Positions 15,194 through 25,620 of a DNA stretch of 64,000 bases are shown here, one piece after another. The notes under the pieces were generated by a model. That model was given only the letters and a program-made list of their open reading frames with translations, did not search any database and was not told the DNA's origin. The DNA comes from an uncultured delta proteobacterium (GTDB lineage: Bacteria; Desulfobacterota; Binatia; HRBIN30): positions 295,486 through 359,485 of the forward strand of contig CAVSQF010000039.1 of the NCBI GenBank assembly GCA_963729835.1, read 5' to 3'. Positions within the stretch are counted from its first letter, which is position 1. The number at the start of each line of letters is the position of its first letter. The position numbers and the translations under genes are program-made.

Positions 15194-17188
15194 TCAGTGA
15201 CAGTTGAGATTCGCGGCGTTCCCGTCGCAACGCGGGCGCACGCTGCCGGGCGGGTTCCACTCGACCGCCGCGCACTCCGTCGGGTTGCCGACGACCACCA
15301 CCGCGCGCACTTGGTGGACGTCGGGCAGGGTGACGCTGCCGCGGCGCCCGCGCACGACCCAGTGGAGCAAGCCAGTAGTGCGGGCCGAGAGATCCTGAAT
15401 TACGAGGTAGGTGATTCCGCCGTGACTGCCGCCGGCGTCGGTATAGGCCCACCGCGTCCCGGCGCGATTCACCCTCCACCCCGGCACGCCGCGACCGGCG
15501 GCGCCGCCCGGGATGACGACGTCGAGGCCGCCAGGGCCGGTGACGCCATCGATCACGATGCGTACGCCGTTGACCAGCGGCTCCACGCCCTGCCAGGGCT
15601 TGGGAATCACCGCCCCACCGGCAAGCTGCAGCGAGAACGGACTTGATCGCAGTCGCATCGACGGCTTCTGTATGCTGATGCCGCTGTCGCACGCCGGCAC
15701 GTTGCTGCACTGGCAGTTGCGACATATCTGGCCGCTGCCGCAATCGGTGTCCTTCTCGCACTGCTCGTTGCCGCACACGATCCCGTCACCGCACACCGGC
15801 GGCGCCATGGCGCAGATGCAGTTCAGGCAGGCCGTGCACGGATCGGCGCACGACAGCCCGGGCTCGCCGCACTGCTCGCCCAGATCGACGACACCGTTGC
15901 CGCAATTCGCGAGCTGGCTCTCGTAGGCGCCGACGTCGTAGCCCGTCCCGACCGGCCGCGGGTTGTCGTCGAGGTCGTTGGCAGGCGCGTCGGTAGCGGT
16001 CCCGGCATCGATGGCCGGGCTGCCCGCCTTGAGATGAAAGTCCGTGCCGGGGACGAGGAAAAGGTCCGCCGGCGTGGCGATGAACGAGTGGGTGTCGTAG
16101 CCGAGGCCTTGCCACGTGGGCAGGTCGATCACCGTATCGCCCTGGTCGATGCTGAAGCGGCTCATGACGCTGTTGTAGTCGGTGACGAACCCGGAGCGGC
16201 TGGAGGCGTCGATGCTGATCACGCCGTGCCATGAGTGCTCGTTGTACAGGATGTTGTTGAGGACCGTGTTACCGGTGGAGCCGGTGTTGATGTTCACGCA
16301 CCAGCGGCCGTCAGCGGCGTTGAGGATGGTGTTGTTGACGACCAGGTTGCCGGTGGCGCCGGTGGCGCCGTCGATCTGGTACAGGCTGATTCCACTGGCA
16401 TGGTTGTCGTAGAGGAGGTTGTTTTGGATGACGCTGTTGACCACGCCGTCCATGTTGATGCCCGAGCCGCCGCCGGCACCGTTACCGTAGACGGTGTTGC
16501 GCTCGACGAGAGCGTTGGCGATGAGGCCGGTGCCGCCCTGGCTGAGGTCGCCGTTCATGTGGATGCCGGCAGCGTAGTTGTCGTGCACGAGGTTGCCGCG
16601 GATCACCGGCCGCACGCAGGCGTTGGAGACGTAGATGCCATGTTGCTGCTGCGAGTGGTGGGCTTCGTTGAACTCGATGTGGAAGTCATCGGCAAAGCCG
16701 CTGAAGATGCCCCACGTGCCATTGTAGCCGGTGTGGCAGTTACGCACGGTGACGAACTGCGACAGGGCGGTGCGGATGCCGGCGCGCGTGCGGTTGTTGA
16801 CGATGAAGCCGTCGATGACGACGTAGGCCGCGCCCTCGACGTTGATGCCGTCGGGCGTGCTGCCATTGTCGGCCGTGATCTGCACCGCTGAGCCGTCGGC
16901 GACGAAGGTGATGGGGTTGCCCGATGAGCCGGAGCGGCTGAGGTAGAAACCCTGATAGTTGCCGTTCTCGACGTGCACCGTATCGCCGGGGTTGACCACA
17001 TTCGCCGCATGGCCGAGCGTGGCCCAAGCCGTGGGCAGCGACAGGCCGTTGGCGCCGTCATCACCGCCGTTGGCCACGAAGTAATCAGTGGCCGCTGCCC
17101 GGCCGGCGACCAGCACAATCAAGGTCGCAATCACCCACCACCGCACGCGATGAGTTCTGTCAGTGGCTCGGGGTGTGGACAGACACAT
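15194..17188 (-). CDS. Secreted right-handed parallel beta-helix (pectate lyase-like) protein with Cys-rich repeats
   Basis: TDYFVANGGDDGANGLS...PGDTVHV, Asn/Gly beta-helix repeats, DFHLKAGSPAIDAG...YDVGAYE, CGNGVVDLGEQC repeats. Confidence 0.85.
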   Translation of the reverse strand: MCLSTPRATDRTHRVRWWVIATLIVLVAGRAAATDYFVANGGDDGANGLSLPTAWATLGHAANVVNPGDTVHVENGNYQGFYLSRSGSSGNPITFVADGSAVQITADNGSTPDGINVEGAAYVVIDGFIVNNRTRAGIRTALSQFVTVRNCHTGYNGTWGIFSGFADDFHIEFNEAHHSQQQHGIYVSNACVRPVIRGNLVHDNYAAGIHMNGDLSQGGTGLIANALVERNTVYGNGAGGGSGINMDGVVNSVIQNNLLYDNHASGISLYQIDGATGATGNLVVNNTILNAADGRWCVNINTGSTGNTVLNNILYNEHSWHGVISIDASSRSGFVTDYNSVMSRFSIDQGDTVIDLPTWQGLGYDTHSFIATPADLFLVPGTDFHLKAGSPAIDAGTATDAPANDLDDNPRPVGTGYDVGAYESQLANCGNGVVDLGEQCGEPGLSCADPCTACLNCICAMAPPVCGDGIVCGNEQCEKDTDCGSGQICRNCQCSNVPACDSGISIQKPSMRLRSSPFSLQLAGGAVIPKPWQGVEPLVNGVRIVIDGVTGPGGLDVVIPGGAAGRGVPGWRVNRAGTRWAYTDAGGSHGGITYLVIQDLSARTTGLLHWVVRGRRGSVTLPDVHQVRAVVVVGNPTECAAVEWNPPGSVRPRCDGNAANLNCH

Positions 17189-17263
17189 AACTAAGAATGA
17201 GGCTCTTCCTCTCGGAGCTACTTTCCGCCGCCAAGAGTGATGGCAATCTTCCTACGACCGCCG

Positions 17264-18745
17264 TCAAGGCATGTAGCCCAGCGATCTGAGAATCTCCTGG
17301 TCGCGGTCGGTCAATACCGCGTGTTGTGCGGTGGCCGTGCGAACGCCGAAGGTTTCCGACCATGCACCCAGTGCCGATTCCAGCAGGCCTATGGCCGAGG
17401 GATGCGCTGGGTACAGGTTCTTGGTTTCCTCCGGGTCTTTGGCCAGGTTATACAACTCGAACTGGTCGCCACCGCTCCGGCCTGGTGTCCAGATGAGCTT
17501 CCAGTTGCCTAAGAACACCGCACGAAAGCGTCCGGCAATATCGAGCCGAACGCGCCGGGGTACCATCTGTGGGAAGTAAGCCTTCCCGCATTCCGCGAAC
17601 ACCGGACGCAACGGCAGCGGCTTACCCAGCAGTGCTGGGAGCAACGATCGCCCTTCAATCTCGTAGCTAAGAAGATGGGGACGCGGCAGATCGAGCACCT
17701 CCGTTAGCGTCGGCATCACATCTACCAGCGAGACCCGCGCATCGACCACACGGCTGGCCCGCAGCAGATCACCTTTCGGGAAGATGAATGCCAGCGGGAC
17801 GTGCAGCGCGCCGTCATAAACGTAGTCGCCGTGAGCATAGAAATAGTTGTGCTCGCCCAGGCTTTCGCCGTGATCAGCAGTAAAGACAATCAGCCAGTCG
17901 TCGCCGAAGCGCACGCGCAGTCCTCTAATCAAGCGTGCAATCTGATCGTCGGTGTGGCGAATGTCCGCGGCATACAGCCTGCGGATATGCGCATTGACCC
18001 TGTCGGGCAGATGATTCTGAAACACCGCCCGTTCCCTCCCAAGGTCGGCAGGAAATTCATCGTTGCCCGGTAAGACATTCAGTTCACCGAAATGCGAATT
18101 GAGTTCACCGAAATGCAACTTGTAGGGCCCGTCGTAGTCGGGATCGAACTGCACCGCCAGCTCCGGCGGCGGATAATACGGCATGTGCGGATCCATGTAA
18201 TGCGCCCACACGAAGAGCGGCTCTTCGGGACCGTAGGCCTTCAGGCGCCGGAAGACAGCGTCAGTCGTCTCGACCGCGTCGCGAGGATAATCGGCGATAT
18301 CAAAGACGTCGAACCCCCTGTCCAGGTTGCGCTCTCGCAAGACGCTGTTCGATACCACGGCAACCGTGGTGTACCCCTTGCGTTGTGCGAACACTGCCGC
18401 CGGCACCAGTTGCTGTGGCAGTTGCTGGAACAGCGTGCGGACCTGTGTCGTATGCGGGTAGCAGCCGGTCAGCAGACTGCTGAGCGCCGGAGTCGTCCTT
18501 GCCATAGGCGTGATCGCACGCGTGAAGCGCGCTCCTTGCGCCATCAAGGAGTCTAGAAACGGCGTCGTGGGCCGGTCGTAGCCGTACGCGCTCATGTAGT
18601 CCGCACGCAAGGTGTCCACGGTCAACAGGAGCACGTGCCGGCGCGTTTTCGGTGGCCCGCTGAGGACCAATTTCGGATACCCCACAAAGAGGCACTCCAC
18701 GACGAGGATTGCCGTCAGAAACCACAGACGCTTACGAGACTTCAT
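17264..18745 (-). CDS. Sulfatase/alkaline-phosphatase superfamily protein with N-terminal membrane anchor
   Basis: VLLLTVDTLRAD, HYMDPHMPY, FTADHGESLGEH, ELYNLAKDPEETKNL. Confidence 0.9.
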   Translation of the reverse strand: MKSRKRLWFLTAILVVECLFVGYPKLVLSGPPKTRRHVLLLTVDTLRADYMSAYGYDRPTTPFLDSLMAQGARFTRAITPMARTTPALSSLLTGCYPHTTQVRTLFQQLPQQLVPAAVFAQRKGYTTVAVVSNSVLRERNLDRGFDVFDIADYPRDAVETTDAVFRRLKAYGPEEPLFVWAHYMDPHMPYYPPPELAVQFDPDYDGPYKLHFGELNSHFGELNVLPGNDEFPADLGRERAVFQNHLPDRVNAHIRRLYAADIRHTDDQIARLIRGLRVRFGDDWLIVFTADHGESLGEHNYFYAHGDYVYDGALHVPLAFIFPKGDLLRASRVVDARVSLVDVMPTLTEVLDLPRPHLLSYEIEGRSLLPALLGKPLPLRPVFAECGKAYFPQMVPRRVRLDIAGRFRAVFLGNWKLIWTPGRSGGDQFELYNLAKDPEETKNLYPAHPSAIGLLESALGAWSETFGVRTATAQHAVLTDRDQEILRSLGYMP

Positions 18746-19084
18746 CTCTCTCCTTGCGTGCTTGCCCCTGCCTCCACGTGAAAGTGAATCGACCAGCGAT
18801 CGGGATGATGGATGTTGCTATTTGTTGCCTTTGACAAATGTCCGTTCCAACCATCTTGCGAGTGCTGCAAACATGGTGCCGCATGGCGCCAAGGATGCAC
18901 GCGCATCGCCGCCGCACCGGGTACCGTCGCACCGGTGCGTCAATTGATTGACAACGCGCAGTCCGTGGACACAAACAGCTAACGTTCGCGCACATCCACC
19001 TGCAATGCGCACCTACAGCGCATGCAACCTAGTATCGCGTTACCGTCGAAGCGTGAGCTCAACGGGTAAGGGCCCGCAGCGTCA

Positions 19085-20239
19085 CTACGCAGTGACACTG
19101 CCGTCCAGTCGCTGAACGATGTCGCGCAAGAAGGCGGCAGCGGGGGCGCCGTCCACGATGCGATGATCGAAGGTCAGGCTCAACGTCATCATCGAACGGA
19201 TAGCGATCTGGCCGTCGTGTACCGCCGGTTTCTGGACAATCCTTCCAACACCGAGAATGGCCACCTGCGGTTGATGGATGATCGGTGTGAAAGCATCGAC
19301 GTCGTACATGCCGAGATTTGTGATGGTGAAGTTCCCGCCGCTCACCTCGTCGACGCCCAGGGTCCCAGCACGCGCTTTATCGGCCAGGTGGCGCGACTCC
19401 TCTGCGATCTGCGGCAACGATTTCCGGTCTGCCTGCGAGATCACGGGCACGATGAGGCCTTCGTCGAGGGTCACGGCGATTCCGATGTTGATGTCATGGT
19501 GCTGTTGAATCGTGTCTCCCTCCGATGTCACCCGCAGGCGGGGATGTTCCCGCAGCGCACCCGCAACTGCCTCGATGATCAGATCGGTAAACGTCAGTGC
19601 GAACTGTGCTTTCAGGTGCGCGCGCCGTTTGACGAGCGGCGTGACATCGGCTTCCGTTGTAATCGTGAGCTGCGCGGCCGACTGCAAACTCTTCCACATG
19701 CGCTCGGCGATTGCCTTGCGCATACCGCGCAGCGGTTCCGCCGTTCGCGCTGGCGCCGCCGCGAGTGCGGCTTCGACGTCTTCGCGCGTGATCCGCCCGC
19801 CGGGCCCGCTGCCACGAATCGCGGCCAGGTCGATCGCAAGCTCCTTTGCCAACTTCCTTGCCGCCGGCGTGGCGACGATCCGGTCTGCAGCCGGTGCCCC
19901 GACCTCCCGCTGTGGAGGCACGGGCTGTATAACCGCATGCGCGATTCCACGCGCCGCCGCACGCGAGGCATAGCGGGCAGCAACGGCCGCCGGATCTTCT
20001 CCTTCCACGGCGATCACGGCAACCACCTGGGCGCACGGAACGGTCGCTTCAGCTGGGTAGAGGAGCTTCGCCACATAACCGCCCGTGGGCGCCTCGACCT
20101 CGTACAGAACTTTTTCGGTTTCCACCTCGAACAGCGGCTGTCCCGCCTCGATGCGCTCGCCTTCCGCCTTGAACCACCGCTGGATCGTGCCTTCCTGCAT
20201 GGTCAGGCCAAACTTCGGCATGACGACCTCTACGGCCAT
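19085..20239 (-). CDS. Dihydrolipoamide acyltransferase (E2) of a 2-oxoacid/acetoin dehydrogenase
   Basis: Lipoyl domain EVETEKV, E3-binding ATPAARKLA...GSGPGGRIT, catalytic DHRIVDG. Confidence 0.95.
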   Translation of the reverse strand: MAVEVVMPKFGLTMQEGTIQRWFKAEGERIEAGQPLFEVETEKVLYEVEAPTGGYVAKLLYPAEATVPCAQVVAVIAVEGEDPAAVAARYASRAAARGIAHAVIQPVPPQREVGAPAADRIVATPAARKLAKELAIDLAAIRGSGPGGRITREDVEAALAAAPARTAEPLRGMRKAIAERMWKSLQSAAQLTITTEADVTPLVKRRAHLKAQFALTFTDLIIEAVAGALREHPRLRVTSEGDTIQQHHDINIGIAVTLDEGLIVPVISQADRKSLPQIAEESRHLADKARAGTLGVDEVSGGNFTITNLGMYDVDAFTPIIHQPQVAILGVGRIVQKPAVHDGQIAIRSMMTLSLTFDHRIVDGAPAAAFLRDIVQRLDGSVTA

Positions 20240-20254
20240 GAGGCTATCCTCGGA

Positions 20255-20395
20255 ACGTGAGGCATGAAACGTGAAACGTGATCCACAATCCGTGATGCGT
20301 GACAAGAAGTCGAACCGACTTGCGACCGATCATAGCTGAAAGCTCATCCGGCATGCTGTTGTTTCCTATCACGTTTCACGTTTTACGTTTTACGC
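20255..20395. repeat. Intergenic heptamer arrays in inverted orientation
   Basis: (TGAAACG)n-like tract at about 20255-20300 facing a (CGTTTCA/CGTTTTA)n tract at about 20368-20395. Confidence 0.65.
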
Positions 20396-21358
20396 CAGCA
20401 CCTCACGCACCGCCGCCTTGATCTTGTTCTCGTCGGGCAGTACGTAGCTTTCCAACGGCGGGCTGAACGGGATCGGGACATCGAGGGCGGTGACGCGCTT
20501 GATGGGGGCGTTCAGATAATCAAAGCCCGCATCGACGATGATCGCCGCCAGATCGCCGGCCGCGCCGCCGCGCAAGTGGCCTTCGTCGACGATCACCACC
20601 CGGCCGGTCTTGGCCACGGAGGCAAGCATACCGTCCTTATCCAGCGGCACCAGCGTCCGCGGGTCCCACACTTCGACACTGATATTGTCCTTCTCCAATT
20701 CCTCGGCGACGTTCAGTGCCTGCGTCACCATCGCGCCGATGGCGACGATGGTGACGTCGGTTCCGGCACGCTTCACTGCCCCCTGGCCGAGCGGCAGCAC
20801 GAAATCCCCGTCCGGAACTTCACCCTGGGTGAACCCGAGACGGCCGTGCTCGAAGACGATCACCGGGTTGTCGTCGCGGATGGCCGCCTTCAACAGGCCC
20901 TTCATCTCCGCTGCCCCCGAGGGAATCGCGATTTTCAGCCCCGGGGCGGCGAGGAACTGCGAGTAGACAACCTCGGAATGCTGCGCCGCCGCAGAGCCCA
21001 TGGCACCGTACACGCACCGAAACGTCAGCGGCAGGCGGGCCTGTCCACCGGAGATGTAGCGCAGCTTCGCTGCCTGATTGCACACCTGGTCGAAGCAGCA
21101 GTAGAAAAAGGGGGCGAACTCGATTTCGACGACGGGGCGCATGCCAGCCATCGCCGCGCCGATCCCGGCGCCGGCGAAGCCGGCTTCGGAGATCGGGGTG
21201 TTGCGCACGCGTGCCGGCCCGAACTGGTCGACCAAACCGCGCGTGGCGCCGAAGGCGCCGATCCTGACGTCCTCACCCATGATGAACACGGTGGGGTCGC
21301 GCTCCATCTCCTCAGCCAATGCCTGCCTGATCGCTTCAATGAATCCAATTTGGGACAT
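20390..21358 (-). CDS. Pyruvate/acetoin dehydrogenase E1 beta subunit
   Basis: FIMGEDV, RVRNTPISEAGFAG, DPRTLVPLD; start MSQIGFIEAI. Confidence 0.95.
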   Translation of the reverse strand: MSQIGFIEAIRQALAEEMERDPTVFIMGEDVRIGAFGATRGLVDQFGPARVRNTPISEAGFAGAGIGAAMAGMRPVVEIEFAPFFYCCFDQVCNQAAKLRYISGGQARLPLTFRCVYGAMGSAAAQHSEVVYSQFLAAPGLKIAIPSGAAEMKGLLKAAIRDDNPVIVFEHGRLGFTQGEVPDGDFVLPLGQGAVKRAGTDVTIVAIGAMVTQALNVAEELEKDNISVEVWDPRTLVPLDKDGMLASVAKTGRVVIVDEGHLRGGAAGDLAAIIVDAGFDYLNAPIKRVTALDVPIPFSPPLESYVLPDENKIKAAVREVLA

Positions 21359-21402
21359 TGCTCCCTCCCCTCGACAGCCAACAGCCAGCAGAGCAGCGTG
21401 CG

Positions 21403-22383
21403 CTACGTCGCGAACACGTCGACGAGCGCTTCCGCAGGTTCCGGCAGCGGGCTCGACTGGGCGAACGCTACGGACTCGTCGATCTCGCGCTGTACCTCGT
21501 CGGCGATGCGTGTCAGCTCCGGCTCCTCGATGAACCCCGTGGCCAAGAGCTTGCGTCCGAAGAGCGCGATGGGGCACTGCTGTTTCGCGGATTCGAGCTC
21601 GTCGGCCGGGCGGTACTCACCGACGAACGCTTGCTCGCCGACGACGTGGCCTTCCCAGCGATACGTCTTGGCCTCGATCAACGTCGGTCCCTCGCCCGCC
21701 CGGGCGCGCGCCACGGCGGCACGCGTCGTCTCGTACACCGCGAGCACATCGTTGCCGTCCACGATGACACCCGGCATGCCGTACCCTGGCGCGCGGATGG
21801 CGATGTCCTGCACTGCGGTGGACTCCGATGTCGGTGTAAACTCGGCGTAACAGTTGTTTTGACAGACATAGATGATGGGCAGCTTCCACAGACCGGCGAG
21901 GTTCAGGGACTCATGGAACGTGCCCTCGTTCGAGGCGCCGTCTCCGAAGAACGCGACGGCAACCGCATCGTTGCCATGAAAGCTCGACGCCAAAGCGGCG
22001 CCGGTGGCGATGGGAATGCCGCCACCGACGATCCCGTTTGCGCCCAGGATGCCCAGGTCGTAACTCACGATGTGCATCGAGCCCCCCTTGCCTTTGCAGT
22101 ATCCGGTGCGCCTGCCGAGCAACTCTGCCATCATCGGCTTGAGCGCGCCACCCTTGGCGAGCATGTGGCCGTGCCCGCGATGCGTCGTGGTGATGTAATC
22201 TCTCTTGTGCAACGCCGCGCACACCCCGGTCGGCACCGCTTCCTCGCCGATCGAGACGTGCACGAAGCCGGGGATCTGCCCCTGGAAAAAGAGGCCGCGG
22301 ATGGTTTCTTCAAAGCGCCTGATAGTAACCATCATACGGTACAGGCCGAGCAAATGTTCCTTCGGGATGTCTGCGGTATCCAT
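21403..22383 (-). CDS. Pyruvate/acetoin dehydrogenase E1 alpha subunit (TPP-dependent)
   Basis: THRGHGH, GKGGSMH, GDGASNEGTFHESLN, TYRWEGH. Confidence 0.95.
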   Translation of the reverse strand: MDTADIPKEHLLGLYRMMVTIRRFEETIRGLFFQGQIPGFVHVSIGEEAVPTGVCAALHKRDYITTTHRGHGHMLAKGGALKPMMAELLGRRTGYCKGKGGSMHIVSYDLGILGANGIVGGGIPIATGAALASSFHGNDAVAVAFFGDGASNEGTFHESLNLAGLWKLPIIYVCQNNCYAEFTPTSESTAVQDIAIRAPGYGMPGVIVDGNDVLAVYETTRAAVARARAGEGPTLIEAKTYRWEGHVVGEQAFVGEYRPADELESAKQQCPIALFGRKLLATGFIEEPELTRIADEVQREIDESVAFAQSSPLPEPAEALVDVFAT

Positions 22384-22578
22384 CGCTCCACTCCTGTTTT
22401 GCAGTACCGGCGGTAAACGATACCACCCTCCCCCTCGCTTGCGCCAGACCGAGGGGACGATTACTTTCACAAGGGTCGTCAGCTCTCAGCAATCAGCCAG
22501 GCGCTTCGTCGCGCAGTTCAACCGCCGACGGATCGCTGACGGCCGAGTGCTGATCGCTTCGTAAAGGAATCCAGATAG

Positions 22579-22983
22579 ATGAAACCAAAGGTCGTCAAGT
22601 CTGAAGCGGAGTGGGACCGGTTGCTCACGCCCGAGCAGGTGGCCGTCTGTCGCCAAAAAGGCACGGAGCGGGCGTTCACGGGTAAGTACTGGGATCATCA
22701 CGAACGCGGCATTTACCGCTGCGTCGGATGCAACACGGAGCTGTTCAGCTCCGAAACCAAGTTCGATTCCGGCACCGGCTGGCCGAGTTTTTGGGCGCCA
22801 CTCTCTGAGGAAAACATCCAGACCGAGGAAGATCACAGCTTGTCGATGCGACGCACCGAAGTCGTGTGCGCCGTCTGTGGCGCGCACCTCGGCCACGTTT
22901 TCGCTGACGGGCCGCCGCCGACGGGTCTCCGCTACTGCCTGAATTCCGCGGCCCTCAATTTCCAGCCCGAGCAGTCCGCCTGA
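22579..22983 (+). CDS. msrB: Peptide-methionine (R)-S-oxide reductase
   Basis: [40 protein letters not shown]. Confidence 0.97.
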   Translation: MKPKVVKSEAEWDRLLTPEQVAVCRQKGTERAFTGKYWDHHERGIYRCVGCNTELFSSETKFDSGTGWPSFWAPLSEENIQTEEDHSLSMRRTEVVCAVCGAHLGHVFADGPPPTGLRYCLNSAALNFQPEQSA

Positions 22984-22997
22984 TCGGTTCCTCTCGC

Positions 22998-25604
22998 TTA
23001 CTGGCAGAGCGCCGTGACGTTCCCCTTGATCGTCGCGTCCGGCGGAATAGACGGGTTCAGGACACGAAAGCTAGCCGGCACCGCTGGCAGCCCGAGCAGT
23101 ACCCGGCTGATATAAACGATGTCGGTGGCCACATCCACTTGCCCATTGCCGTCCACGTCGAGCTGCATGCCGAGCGCAACGACGGCCGCCGCGATCGTAC
23201 TGTCAGAGATGATCGACGGGTCGAGCGTGCGGAAGCTTGTCGGCACAGGCGGCAGACCGAGCAATTGACGGGCGATGTAAACGAGGTCGGTTGCAACATC
23301 GGCGACGCCATTGCGATCGACATCGAGCCCACACGGCCCAGCGGTGTTGGTCGGCGACATGGTCGGCGTGATCGTCGGTGTAGCGGTTGGCCCCACCGGG
23401 GTGGTCGTGGGGGTGGTCGTCACTGTTCGTGTCGGGGTAATGGTCGGCGACGGCGACAGTGTGTTCGTCGGCGTCTTCGACGGCGTCCGCGTCGGCGTTC
23501 CGGTCGCCGTCGCAGTAAAGGTTCTCGTCGCCGTGTTCGTGGGGGTAATTGACGGGGTCGGCGTCACCGTCGGGGTCGGCGTAGGCGGGCAAGGTGAGAT
23601 GACCGTGTTCAGGCATCCAAGGGTCGGGTCGCAGGTATCCAACGTGCACGGGTTTTGATCATCGCAGCTTTCGATCTGACAAAAGTTCGAGCACCCGTTG
23701 CAGTTCGTGGGCGTAACGGGCGTGGCGGGGGGATTGGCGCAGGAGGTCTCCGTAGTCGTCCCGTTACCGCAGAACTCGCAGGTTTCCGGGAACTCGATAA
23801 TCCCGTCGCCGCAGACCGGGCAGGGAAACAGGCACGAGGTCTGGGAGGAACTCGTACAGGTATCGAAGGCGGTATCCGCCGCCGCCGGGACTATTGTGTC
23901 GCTGATGCTCGGCACCTTACGGCTGGGATGTTCGGTGGTGTTGCTTCCGTCAGTCCCCAAGGAAACGCCGCTGAACGTCGCATCGACCACTCCCTGGACG
24001 GTGAGTTGCTCGTGGGCCGTCAGCGTATTGGTGCCCCCCACTGGGGCGTTGGCAACGAGCTTGCCCGTGGACGTGACGGTGACGTTGCACCCCTCCAGGT
24101 CGGTGTCGCCAGCCTGACCGCAGCTCGTATCGCAGCCGCCCCCGCTCACATCGACGATGCTCGTGACCAACATCGTCCCGAAGCCACCGTCACCCGCTGT
24201 GACGTCAATCTCGCCCCCAAAGCTCCCGGGCTCCGAGGCGCTCGCGTCAAATCCACCCGCCGGGCCGCCGCCGATCGTCACGTCCGAGGCGACGTCGACC
24301 AAAATGTTCCCGCCGCTGCCGCCCCCGGTGGCGTCGAGCAACCCATTGTTGGTGAAGGCCAGCTCGGAACTGCAGTTGAGGAATCCCCCCGATCCTTGAC
24401 TCCCTAAGGCAGACACGTGGAGACCAACCGCATTCTGAATCGTGGTCGGACCGGCATCGGCGGTCAGGTCGATCTCGCCACCGTTGCCGTCGATATCCCC
24501 GTACGCCTGAATGTCTTGTGGCCCAATCGACAACGTTCCATACACTGCCTCGAGGCTGATGGTTCCTCCATCGCCGCCGCCGCTGCCGTTGGCCTGCAGC
24601 ACCCCCAGCACCTGCGCACTCGTTCCCGCCGTGACCGATATCTGACCACCTTCGCCGTATTGCCCAGTGAGGGCGCTCGCGCTCGCCGTTGCGGTTGCAA
24701 TGTTGGTCAGGCCACCGGAGTTTGTGTTCAAGGTCCCACCGGTGCTGCCGCTGACATCGAGCGGACGCGAGCTGATCGATGCGACATTGATCGCACCGTC
24801 CGCATTCAGATCGATCTCGCCGCCGCCGTTCGGCGCGAGCGAGCCGCCCGCCGCGGACACGTTACTGGTCGACATCGTGGTGATATCGCCGCCGGCGTCG
24901 ATCTCGATATAGCCGCCGTCCGAGCTGAGCAAGAGGCCGTTCGCCAAGAGGTAGCCCGCAATCGTCACCGAGCCTCCCGCCGTCAGCTGGATCGTGCCGC
25001 CTTGTCCATAGCCACCGACATCGATTTTTCCGATCAACGCTCCTGACAGGTTGATGTTGATATCGCCCGTCGTCTGGATGGTGATCGCACCTCCTGCATT
25101 GTTGAGTGTCGGCGTCGCCGTCGGGCTGGAAACGGGCGTTGGAGTAAAAGTGGCCGTGGGGGTAAAGGTGCCGGTCGGCGGCGGAGTCGGCGCGGTCGCA
25201 GTTGGCGTTGCCGTGGGGGGAGGGGTAACTGAAGGGCTTGTCGCAGTTGGGGTCGGGGTTGCTTGGGTTCCTTGCCCGATAATCCAGCCGCCGGCGTTGA
25301 TCGTGAGCGTTCCCGCCAAGAGTGTCACATTGTTCGAGAAGATGTTGAGCTGCGCGTTCCTGAGGATGGTGACGGCGCGCGTGCCGAAGTCGAGCGTGCA
25401 GCCGTCGGGGACATTGAAATCCAGGCCGATATTACATGCCCCCGTGCCGCTGGGGCAGTCGGCGCTATCCTGCGTCACGATGTCCGCCGCCGTGCACGCG
25501 GTCAAGCTCACGCCGTGTGCGCCGCGCGCCGCAGCCACCTGGACGATGGCAAGCACCACGAGCACGCCGCGCGCGAGGCGCAGCTGTCTCAATGGGGTGG
25601 GCAT
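22998..25604 (-). CDS. Large secreted Gly-rich beta-solenoid protein with Cys-rich repeats, PT linkers and a C-terminal duplicated dockerin-like domain
   Basis: Signal ending AHG; GGxIxLxA repeats; CGDGIIEFPETCE and CDDQNPCTLDTCDP; twin LDVDRNGVADVATDLVYIARQLLGL / LDVDGNGQVDVATDIVYISRVLLGL. Confidence 0.85.
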   Translation of the reverse strand: MPTPLRQLRLARGVLVVLAIVQVAAARGAHGVSLTACTAADIVTQDSADCPSGTGACNIGLDFNVPDGCTLDFGTRAVTILRNAQLNIFSNNVTLLAGTLTINAGGWIIGQGTQATPTPTATSPSVTPPPTATPTATAPTPPPTGTFTPTATFTPTPVSSPTATPTLNNAGGAITIQTTGDININLSGALIGKIDVGGYGQGGTIQLTAGGSVTIAGYLLANGLLLSSDGGYIEIDAGGDITTMSTSNVSAAGGSLAPNGGGEIDLNADGAINVASISSRPLDVSGSTGGTLNTNSGGLTNIATATASASALTGQYGEGGQISVTAGTSAQVLGVLQANGSGGGDGGTISLEAVYGTLSIGPQDIQAYGDIDGNGGEIDLTADAGPTTIQNAVGLHVSALGSQGSGGFLNCSSELAFTNNGLLDATGGGSGGNILVDVASDVTIGGGPAGGFDASASEPGSFGGEIDVTAGDGGFGTMLVTSIVDVSGGGCDTSCGQAGDTDLEGCNVTVTSTGKLVANAPVGGTNTLTAHEQLTVQGVVDATFSGVSLGTDGSNTTEHPSRKVPSISDTIVPAAADTAFDTCTSSSQTSCLFPCPVCGDGIIEFPETCEFCGNGTTTETSCANPPATPVTPTNCNGCSNFCQIESCDDQNPCTLDTCDPTLGCLNTVISPCPPTPTPTVTPTPSITPTNTATRTFTATATGTPTRTPSKTPTNTLSPSPTITPTRTVTTTPTTTPVGPTATPTITPTMSPTNTAGPCGLDVDRNGVADVATDLVYIARQLLGLPPVPTSFRTLDPSIISDSTIAAAVVALGMQLDVDGNGQVDVATDIVYISRVLLGLPAVPASFRVLNPSIPPDATIKGNVTALCQ

Positions 25605-25620
25605 TTTGGTTCTCCGCGCC

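Noticed and set aside
19085-22383. Dehydrogenase operon lacking E3 as a novelty
   Set aside because: E3 is commonly shared and encoded elsewhere
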